Source of the DNA: the human T2T-CHM13v2.0 reference genome, Homo sapiens
Assembly (NCBI RefSeq): GCF_009914755.1
Contig: NC_060935.1
Reading direction: 5' to 3' (one strand)
DNA length: 64,000 nucleotides
The notes beneath the pieces were generated by a model that was not told where the DNA came from, made no database searches, and saw nothing but the letters and a program-made list of their open reading frames with translations. Within the stretch, counting starts at the first letter, position 1, and each line of letters opens with the position of its first letter. This document shows, piece by piece, positions 28,047 to 39,937 of the stretch. The translations under genes and the position numbers were made by a program.

Positions 28047-29922
28047 AAACCAGCAAGATACGGCCCAATGAAGGGTCTCACATATCAGTGTCTACTTTGG
28101 AGCTAATCTAAAAGAACACCAAGTACTCAGCACATAGTAGGCCTTTGATACCTTCAATAAACACAAGTCCCTCCTCTTTATGCAGAGAGATCAATGGGGA
28201 CTCACTGAGGCTGTCTAGGACAGGGAGTGACAAAAGCAAATGTGCATTTTAGAAAGAGTGTTGCTCTGTTCCTCCTGCAGTCTCAGATGAGGCCCTTACA
28301 AGGAATGGAATATCGATGACCAGGACATAAGATTAAAATGACAAAATATAGTGATGGAGGCTCTTATCAGGTGTTTACTACATGCAGGTATGATTATCCT
28401 GAGTACTTCATATATGTTAATTTAATTCTCACAATGATTCTACGAGTAGACACTAGTATTATCCCCAATTTACACATAAGAAAACTGAGGCACAGAGAGG
28501 TTCAGCTGGCAGTGCTACCACCAGGATTCCAACCCAGTTGGCCTGACTTCAGAGCCAGTGTTCCTGACCACCCTGGTCCACGGAAGAGAAGAGCTTCCTG
28601 GAACACCTGCTGCTCTTCACCCCTCAGTGATGCTCCAGAACAGGCCACAGGATATCTCCCAGCCCCTGCAGCCCCCTACCCTCTCCCTTTCTCTCACTAT
28701 TTCCAGTCAGCCCAGTGCAAACCATGCCCTGGCTAGAAACACCATTTTCCCCCAAGAGGCTGCTAATAGTAGACGGGGTTGGGGGGCGGGGCGGGGAAGG
28801 AGCTGCAATAACTTGGCTCTTGAGTTGCAAAGAGAAAAATGAAGGAATGAGGAGGAGTGGGCCACCAGATCCCCACAGATTCCAGGGTGGAGAATGTCCA
28901 ATTAAAATGCATTCTGCCAGAGCCCAGCAGCAGCATTTCAACAGAGCCACCATTGTCTCCGTCTGAACTGCTGCTGCCCACAGCCCAGCAAGTGGCAACC
29001 AAACAGGCTGTCGTCATGGAGCCGGAATGCAGGGTCCTGGCCCTCCCCGAAGGCACCAGAAACACTGCTCTGTTTACCCACGTTGCCCTTATTTAAAAAC
29101 AAAACAAAAAACCCCACTCCACCCTCGGCCCTTCGGCATGCAAGACACCAGGAAGGACAGACGGTGGTGAGAGGACACTCCATATGCCAGCAGCGTGAGG
29201 CAGGTCTGCCAGAAGGTTCCCAATGATCTGGCCAGGCTGGGGGGAACAAGTCTCCCCCAGGAAGCTGGGAAAGTACTTTGGAAATATATAAAAATCAGAT
29301 ACAAATAGATATCTGAATGGGGCATAAACAAACTGTTAATGCCCTGGAAGGGCCCCAAGCCCCTTTACAAAAGCTTTATGCCCAAAGAATTTGGCCAAGG
29401 GCAAATGCAGGCTCCCTGCATAAATCAGAAACCTTGCAGGGCAGAGACAGACCTGTGTGTCCAGCCACCTCTGGGACACAGGCAAGCTTGAGGCCAGCCA
29501 GTTGCCCCTGGCTACAGCACCTGGCCCCCACCCCAACCCAGGAAAGGGGTGCAGGGGCTGAAAGCCTGGCTCATCCAGTGCTGAGCCCAGAAACAGAATG
29601 TCCAGGGTGACTAGCACATTCAAAGTGCTTACTGTCCCTGTCCCACTCTACAGAGATCTCAAGGACAGGTTTAATCAGGAACCCTAGACGAAAGCAGGAA
29701 GCAGAGTCAGTGGTGCTCAGAAAGCCATTCATCAGCTCTAGGCCAACGTGAAACCCGTGGTACCGGAGCCCCAAACAAACCAGTTTTAAAACCCGTCCTC
29801 CTGTGCAGCTCTCTGACCTCTGCCACCTGTGTCCACGACCTGACCCAGGCACAGGTGGCCCTCCATGCTTTAGCTTGGGTCTACCTCTCTTACCTCTCAG
29901 ACTTCACCTCCCTCACTATCCC

Positions 29923-29924
<2 letters not shown>

Positions 29925-29957
<33 letters not shown>

Positions 29958-30001
29958 GAAAGAGAGACAGAGAGAGAGAGGGAGAGAGAGAGAGAGAGAA
30001 A
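29925..30001. repeat. Compound (CA)15 + (GA)n microsatellite
   Basis: Read directly. Confidence 0.95.
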
Positions 30002-31029
30002 CTCCCAACTACTCCAGAGATACTGAACTATCTAGGATTCCTGGACTCCACACACTATTTCGAGACACTGCCTTACCTTCTGACTCAAAGGCCTTTCTTC
30101 CCTTCCTGACCTGGCTCACCCCTCACCCTTCAGGAGCCCACTCAAGCATCATGTGCTCTATTAAGCTTTCCTGGGCCTCCTACCAGATGATCAGGCTGAG
30201 TAACAGAGCAAGAACTGAACAGAGCCTCTTGGGACACCAGTAAACCTTTGCTTCATGGAGGTAGCACAGGGGATGGGAAGGTTGGAGAGGACTATAACTG
30301 ACTCACTCTTATTTCAGAACCAAAAGCAATGGGGGAAGTCAGAGCAGAGAAGATTTCAGCTCAACCTGAAATGGAACTTCCTATCAATGAGAATGTGACA
30401 ATTACAGGAGGGGCTTCCTTGTGAGGTAGTGAACTCTCCCTGTTATACAAAGTCATTGAGCAGAAGCAGTTTGGTCAGCACTGCTGCCGAAGGAGTCTCT
30501 ATATCAGGTGAATAGGCAAACCACATCAGACCATGTGAGAGGCTTGAGACCTTTCCATAAAGGCCTGAGATTCCAGGGATGGAGGTAGTGAGGAGGGATG
30601 CCCACCGTGAAGTCTGGGAGGAGGAGGGCAGCTCTGGGGTACAGCTGTAGCCCCTCCTGGGAACCCTAACAACCAGATAGGAAAAGCAGAATTCATAGGG
30701 CTGCTGATGTGGCATTTCTCGTTTACTGGCAGCTTCTGGCCTGCAGGTTGAGCTCCCCAGTCTAGATTTGTGGAGGCCAAGATTCTTCTCCTGTCTCCAC
30801 TGCCGCACCACCACGCCTCACCATGACTACTAAACAGAAGATCCAGGCAGGAACAGCCAAAGAATCAGTCACCTTCTCCCTGCTCATTCCCAAGTCCAAT
30901 ACTCATCACTGTCCTCCTCAGGGAGAAGGCTCCCTGGATGCCGTAGCTCCCAAAAGGGCAGAAGATAGGTGGAATGAGGGCCCAGGCCAAGACTAGAAGG
31001 CACCCAGGTCCATCTTTAATAATATTACC

Positions 31030-31222
31030 CCAGCTTGGGCAACATGGCAAGACCCGGTCTCTACAAAAAAAAATTAACAATTAGCCAGGCATGGTGGCAT
31101 ACACCTGTGGCCCCAGCTACTCAGGAGGCTTAGGTGAGAGGGTCACTTGAGCCCAGGAGGTCGAGGCTGCAGCCTGGGCAACAGAGTGAGACCCTATCTC
31201 AAAAAATAATAAAAAATAAAAA
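31030..31222 (+). mobile_element. 5'-truncated AluJ-like element
   Basis: Partial left arm, linker and shortened right arm; flanked by aataatatta. Confidence 0.8.
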
Positions 31223-31490
31223 GAATTTTAAAATAATATTATCATGAAGAACAAAACTACCATTTAATGAGGGCTTATTTCATACCAGGTACTGTGTTAA
31301 ACATGCTACCTACATTATCTTTAATCAGTCTATTCTACGTACAACAACCATAATTTAACAGAGGAATGGCATGATCTGACTTTTCTTTAGAATAAGTATA
31401 TTTTAGAATATTATCCTAAATAATTAAAATATTTAGAATAAGTACTTAGAATAATTAGAATATTTAGAATAAATATTTAGAATAATTATC

Positions 31491-31997
31491 CTTATTCTAA
31501 AGCAAAAGTCAGATCATGCCACTCCTCTGTTCAAAGCCTTCCATTGTTCAAAGCCGTCCAGTGAATTCTCTGCTGACTCAGGGTGAAAGCTCAAGTCAAG
31601 GGCCTGCACCTCTCCAGTCTCAACTCCTACTCCCTGAGCTCCATCCACTCTGGCCTCCTTGCTGTTTCCTCGTCATGGCATGTCCTGCCCCTACATGGCT
31701 TGATCAGATCTCTACCCAAATGTCATCTCCACAAAGAGGCCTCTTCTGACCATTCCACTCTCACACCCAGGCCTCCTGTCTCCTTTTCCTGCTCATTTTT
31801 CTCCATAGCACTTACCATCCTCTGATACTATATATTTTAACCATTTCGTTTGCTCTCTTTCTCTCCTGCTAATACGTAAGCTCCATGAGGGCAGAGACCT
31901 TTATTGATTTTGTTCACTATCCCATCCCAGCATTTAGAACAATGCCTGGCTCCAAGTAGGCACTCAATAAATATTCATTTAATAAAGGAATGAATGA
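31491..31997 (+). mobile_element. L2 3' fragment, apparently inserted in a MIR
   Basis: Ends gtaagctccatgagggcagagac...gcactcaataaatatt...gaatgaatga; MIR halves at ~31240-31330 and ~31998-32130. Confidence 0.7.
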
Positions 31998-34900
31998 CCC
32001 TACAAGGTAGATGTTCTTACTAGCTACTGACTATAGATGTGGAAACTGAAGCTCAGAAAAGTTGACTCACTTGTCCAAGGTCACACAGCTGGCAAGCAAC
32101 AGAAGTGGGATTAAAATTGAGGCCTGACAGCCCCCTTAACTCTGTGATGGCATCTTCTTTCATCAAAAGGAAGGATCCGGATATCCTATACCATAAGTGT
32201 CTTGGGTGCCAGCGGGCTGGGCACCTCCTCACCCTGTCTGCATGTTCTTCTTCCTCAAGGAAGGAAGCCTTCAGAAGCCCTTGAGGCAGATGCCTCTGCC
32301 TCATTCATCTAAGAATGCCCAGCACCTGGCCCAGGGTTGGCATGCAGGTGCCCACTACACGTTTATGAATAAACCAACCCACTCCTAGGCACCTAGTTGT
32401 GTCCTTACATTTTGATTTCTTTACACATTGCTTTGTGAATTGCTGTTCATTTTACTGAATGTGAGGACAGGCAGAAATTCCAAGTACACTTGCTTCTCAA
32501 CCTTTTGGCTAATATCAAGTACAGAAATTCCAGATACACAAAACTGAACTAGAATGGACCCTGCCTTGAAGAAATTTACAACAATGTGAGAGAGATGTAG
32601 ACACAAAAAGGTGTAACATGAAGCAGGACAGTCACGTGAGCAGCAAATGCAGTGCCAAGAGTGCCAGGGGCAAGAGAGCTCTTGGGGTGGGGGTGGGGAC
32701 AGCCACACACAACAGCTAGACAGCCTAAGAGGGGCAGGGAAGGCGGAACCACTTATCCATCCGTTCATTCCGCATTAACATTTTAAGTTTTCTTGCTTGA
32801 AGAAACACTGTGCTTGTTACTTGATACTGTGCTGAGTGCTGGGGACAGATATGTGAATCAATCAAACATAAAGATAATTCACAGGCTAATGAGGGAGAGA
32901 CAGAGAGACATTACACAGACTAAGGTGATATGTGGCAAGAGAGGATGCTAGCATGCAAGCTCCATGCCCACAGGCACCCTCCTTTTGTTCACTACTGTAC
33001 TCCTCAGTACAACACTGTCAGGCTCAGAAAAGCTTCTCAGTACATAACAAATGAATGAAAGCACTGCTAACTAAATGAATGAAAGCACAAATGGAGGGAT
33101 ATCACAAACCCTTGATGGCGGGTGGCCACAGATGGCTTCCCAGGTAATGCCTGAGTCTTAAAGGATGCATAGGAATTACCTGGATGGAAGGGGGCATTCC
33201 TACAAAAGCAAAGACAAAGAAGCAAGAGAGTGCTACAGCTTATGATGTTGTGGAGTGTGTTCAGGCCAGAGGGGAATGGTGTGCTTTAACAGGACACAGA
33301 CACAGGAAGAGAAGCCCAAGTCAGGACACCTCTGAAGGCCCTCATCAGGAAGCATATCAGGATGAGGTATTTGGGCCCCTGTAGGGAGAACAGGATGGAG
33401 GCAAGAAAACCAGTCGGAACCATCTGCACCGCTGCAGATATGAGTTGGTGACAGTGGGGTCTTTAGGAGGCACCAGAGAAAGGACTAATCACAAGAATCT
33501 GTTACAAATCACAGGTGCAAGACCCCATGGAGAAGGGAGGCATCGAATGAGCCCAGACACATTTTGAGTACATAAGAAAAGTGCAGCCCCACCAGAGCCC
33601 TCCTGGGAATGCTGCAAAGCTGCTGGGGAGATGCCAGCAGAACCATGTCACACCTTGCCCACAGTCACCAAAGTGGGGACCCTACTGACTGGCTGGAGGC
33701 AAGGAGGAAGTCAGGGGAGAGAAACCATAAAAATTGCTCACTATTTATTTCACTTTCACTTTGAGCACACAAGTGGGGAGAAGACGCCCTGGCCCAGGAG
33801 TAGAGAAACCTGGCTGGAGTCCCAGCTGTCACCAACAACCTGAGTAACCTTGGGCAGGTGACTTCACCGCTGGGGCTCAGCTTCCCCATCTATAAACCAG
33901 AGCTTCCACCATGAGCCCCACCTCTACCAACATCCTGGAAAGGCCCCAATCAGATAAGTATCAGCTCTGCATAGCTTTATGTAGCACCTACTATATGATC
34001 TTCCTTGTACCAGGAAGGGAGGCAGGAAAGGGGCAGGCCGAGCCCCTGCCCAGAGAAGGTTTTAACAAGGTGGTCCAAGCAGGTACTGCAGAACACCGGC
34101 AAGGGCATTTCCGGCCACATTCTCCAGCCAGTCTTACTGCCCAGCCCAACCCAGCCCAGGGAAGGCGGAGAGGAAGCAGTGAGCTGTTTTACAATCCATC
34201 AAATTAATTGCCCCAAATGGGAAATTTGCAGGCCTCCTACAGCCTCATGTGTATTCCATAATCTCCCATGGCCCTAATCTGCTGAGAAAGAATGTGTGGG
34301 CTGTAATCTTTTCAGCCCACTGTTCACAGGGGCAATGCCTTGGAAAAACCTCAGTCCCCACCAGTGATCACTCCCTCCCAACCAAAAGCCTCCCCGACCT
34401 CCCATCCCCCCCACCCCCCACTGACCTGGTGGCCAGCCAAGGCCTGGCTCCGCCCCCCAGAAGCCAGCTAGGCCAACCTTGGCCTTGACTTTGACCTCGG
34501 AAAGGAGACCTGCCCAACCAGCTCCTTTGGTAAATACAACTTTTGCTCCCTCCTTTTCCTCCTTAAGACAGAACAGCCTGGCAGGAGGCAGAACCAGGAG
34601 AAATGGCTTCCGAGTAGAGACGCACCCTTGAGGCGTGGTGAAAACAGCCCCAGGTGAGGTGCTGGGCATTGGTTCTAACCTTTGCTTACCCTATCCCTGC
34701 TAGGAAACCCACTTCCCATCTCTGGACCTCATCTTCATTTGAGAAATGAAGGGAATGTAAAACAGCCTCCCAGGAACTCCTTACCCCACCCCTTTAAACA
34801 AGTTGCTTCTTTGCTTCTGCTGTAACCTTTGCCTGCTCCTTTTCCTGCATAATGAAGCCTCTGTCTAGGCCCAACTCAAATGTCACTTTCCCCACGAAGG

Positions 34901-35356
34901 CTTCCTGGATCCCTCCCTTCTCAACACCTGTCCCAAACTCTTTCTGCCTCCTACACTCAACTAGCCTTGAGGGCAGAGGATTCTTTTACTCATTGCTACT
35001 GTCAGGAAACTCATTTGATAACATATTTCAGAGAGCTCTGGACAAACCTAGGGCCAAAACCTATTTCATTCTCTAAAATACCTGGCATGGCACAGATCCT
35101 GGGTCACCACCACTGGGTGAAGTTTTCTCAGACAGTGTGTGGAAGGCCAGGCTCCCTGAAGTTGACTGCGCCTGTTAATAACCAGTGTCTGTACCCTCTC
35201 TCCTTAACAAAGTGCTTTCCTACTCACTACCTCACCTACAGGGGAAGGACTGATGTGATCCCCTTTCACAGAGAAGGCAAATGTCTTGCCCCAGGTCAGG
35301 CAGCTGTAAGGGGCTAAGCCAGGATCCAAACCCAGGTCTCCTAATTCTGGTTCTAA

Positions 35357-35967
<611 letters not shown>

Positions 35968-37362
35968 TAAACCTGGGGCCAAAACCTTTCTCCCTGTAGC
36001 TTTCACAGAGGATGAGACTCTTCTATGTGGCAGCCCTTCAGATATCTGCAGCCAGCCCTCATGTCCCTGTGGGTCTCCTCTTTTCCATGTAAAATACCCC
36101 CAGTTCATTCAGCTGTTGCTTGGGAGACAAGGTTTCCAGTGCCCATCACAGTCAACCCTTCAGAAGGACCCCAAATAGCCACATCTTCCTCAAAGGGGTG
36201 ACCCATGAATGCGCCCCAGTGCTCCATCTGTGATCTCCCCAGAGCAGAGCAGCACCATCACCTCCTGTGTTCTGGGAATGAAACTTCCATTAATGCAGCT
36301 TAAAATCAAAACCAAAACCCCTTTGTCCCAGAGCTAATTTCTCAGAGGGCCCTGGCCATGTGGGAGCAAGGACAAAACTCATTCTCTTTACCTTGTTAGA
36401 GTGGGAAGAGCAGGAACTCTGGAATCAGACCTGGACTAGAATCCTGGTCCTGTCACTTATTTACTGAGAGACCATAGACAAATTACTCACTCTTTCCAAG
36501 TTTCAATTTCCTCAGCTACGAAATGAACTACAAAATGGAGAAAATTTTTACCTCACTAGATAGATTTGAAGAATAAATGAGCTAAGGTATATAACTACTT
36601 AACACAGACCAAGAACTTCCCCAAAGTCAAAGCTGGTAAGTGGCTGGGTTAGGATGACATTCAAACTCAAGCCTGCCACCCTAAAGCTTTGTGACCGTAA
36701 GTTCCACACCACAGCTCTACTGCTTTCATGTCACACAGTCCCCACTACACTGCATGTCATCTTTGGTTTATCCATCTCCCCACACTGGACTGTGAATTCC
36801 CTGAAGATGTCCTTGTTTTTGTGGCCCCAGGATCTGGCATGGTGCCACCTGGCACAGAGTAGGAGCTAATAAAGGCTGATGAACAAGTGATTATATGAAC
36901 AAGTCAATTACACTGGCTACAAGAAGACAGGTGCCTCTTTTGGCCCCCCCGCCCCCAATGCCCACATAAGCTTTGTGGCTGTGTACTACACACAGCTCTA
37001 ATCCCACTACATGGGCTGAGTAGCAAGAAGCATTTATTTCATAAGGGCTTGAAGGGCCGAAGCATGCCAGCACCATCCCCCAAACCTGGACATAGCAATG
37101 TTCTGTCTTCCCCATCCACAAAACCTCCAACACTAGAGAGGTTTACTCTCCATTGCTCCTGGAGACTAGAGGCTGAGCTGTATGTACTCAGATAAGCATT
37201 GGCTGGGTTGGTCCCTGGTGACACCAAGAAGGCACAGGTCCTGTGTGGAGGAGAGTTGATGCCAGGGTTTCTCCAGAGTTCCTCAGCTCTCTGGGGCTTC
37301 ATTTAAAACATTCTCTCAAAAAAATAAAAATAAAAATAAATAAATAAATAAAACACCCTCTC

Positions 37363-37466
37363 TTGCAGTGAGCTGAGATCACGCCACTGCATTCCAGCCT
37401 GGGCAACAGAGCAAGACCCTGTCTCAAAAAAAAAAAAAAAAAAAAAAAAAAACCAAAAAAAAAAAA
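37363..37466 (+). mobile_element. Short 3' Alu fragment with long A tail
   Basis: ttgcagtgagctgagatc...ctgtctc followed by a ~40-nt A-rich tail. Confidence 0.85.
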
Positions 37467-38424
37467 CTTCTCCCTGTTCCCAGGTAATCAGTAATAGGAA
37501 AAAGGAAGACACACCTGTTCATACTCAATGGGCCATCTCAAAACCATCCGGGCTCCACCTTATACAGCACTCGTACCTCACCATCTGTGCTACACTTGAG
37601 GCTGCACTGTTTCAGTGACAGGAATACCACCGGTCCTTCATGGCCTGCTTATGAGTCCTTCCTTGGAGCCTTTCTCAGTTACTCCTAAGGCTGTGGGGTC
37701 CATAAAAGCCTTGTTCCCATCGATTCAGAGCCTTAATTTCCCCATCCCATCAAATGGGCACACCATTATCAACCTCAAGGTTGTAACACTTTAAATTTCA
37801 AAGCAGAGCTGAGGGGATTTTAAAAGTTCCCTGGAAATGTGCCTGATGCCAGGTAGTCCTGGGCATTACCAAATACTCGTACTACCTAAGCACTGTGGCT
37901 GTGTACCACACACAGGAAGGATTCACTCAACATCAGTTTCTCTCCTTCTGGTCTATCACATCCCAGAGCATTGAGTGAATCCTATTGTTCTGGGCACAGC
38001 TTAGCTGCAACTCTACAGGGAGACCCTCAGGAGCATGGATGACATCTCCTCTGGCTACTGCCAGTATCTGTATGGCTCTGAGAACTCAATGGGCATTTGA
38101 ATATCCCCAATGTTTAGCTGGTAAGCCAACCCATTTTAATTCACTGTTGTCATTGTGGGCAGATGAGATAGAAAATGTCTGTTTTCAGATAATTCCCCAG
38201 AAGGGGTGACTGGAAGCTAGTGCAGAGACAAACAAGGATGCCGGTGGTTCCCAAACTGGAGAGGAATCTTTGGGGAGCCCTCAGCCGGAGTACCCAAGGC
38301 CCAGCCCTCTGCCCCCGAGACTCCCAGGCTCCCTCAGATGCAGGGAGGGACCTCTCAGCAGCTGATTGGCTTCTCAGGCAGAGTCCCAAAGAGGGAAAAT
38401 CATAGAGCTCAACTAACCATTTAA

Positions 38425-39135
38425 TAAATTAATTCAATAATTATTTTTTAGGACCTACTTATTCCAACCACTATTCTAGGCACTAGAAGTACAGCCTTGA
38501 ACAAGACAGGCTCGGTTCCTTGTCTTCATGGAGATGCATTCTAGCAGGGAGAGGAAAACAAATTGAAATATAACATGTCTGAGTCAGGCTGAGAACTCCA
38601 AAGAAAAAGAAAGCAGCACCGAGATAATAGAGTGTGCTGGAGAAGAAGAGTCAAGAAATGTCACCCTGAGAAGATGACATCTCAGCAGAGACCTGGAGAA
38701 AGTGAGGGAAGATCTGGAGGAAAACAGTCCAGACAGAGGGGACAGCAGTGCAAAGGCCCTAGGCTGGCTGCGCTTCACATGTTTGAAAAACAGCAGCAGG
38801 GATGGGAGGAAATGAGGCCAGAGAGGTAATGGGGTTGGAGAGGGGACAAGATGACGTGGGCCTCATGGGCCACGAAGGATTCTGGAGTCCACTTTGTATG
38901 TGAGATAGGAGCCCACAGATGGTTCGAGCGGAGAGGTGCCATGACCCAACTTCCACCATTAAACAGTCCCTCCAGCTGCTATACTAGCAGACGGGGAGAG
39001 AAGCACAAAGACCAATTAGGAGGGAACTGCAGTTGTCCAGGCGGCAGATGACAGTGGCGTGGACTAGGGTGGTAGCAGCGGAGGGCATGAGAATGGTCTG
39101 ATTCTGGATAAATTTCAAAGCAGGGCAGGGCTGAC
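38425..39135 (-). mobile_element. L2 fragment
   Basis: ttaattcaataattattt...ctaggcacta...cagtgcaaaggccct...attctggata are antisense L2 motifs. Confidence 0.65.
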
Positions 39136-39615
39136 AGGATTTTAAAAGCTCCCCGGGAATGTGCCTGATGCCAGGTAGTCCTGGGCCTTACCAGATGCTG
39201 GTACTGGGTAGGCCAAAGGACAAACTAAATTTGGTCCAGGGACCCCCCCCAGCCTGGGCATGCAGGTCTGGGAGCTGCGTCTCTGCAGAGCTCCAGGCTG
39301 AAAGCTACGTGACTCTGTGTGGGAAGGGAGTGGGGGAAGCTCTCAGATCTGACTGGAAAGGGGATTCTCTCAGCAAGACTCACCACCCTGTGCCCCACTC
39401 CCCTCGCCACTGAAGGGCTGGGTGGCTCATGGGCAAATTGCTCCCGGCTTTCAAGGGTGGAAGGAGGAACTCCTTCATAAGGAAGCCCGGTGAGGCAGCT
39501 TGGTGATATGGGTTCAAGCCCTGGCTCTACTACCTCCTGTCTGTGGTCTCTGGGTCTGGGTCTCAGTCCTACATGGGTAAACAAGAATCATAACATGCCA
39601 CCTGCAGGATTCTTA

Positions 39616-39937
<322 letters not shown>

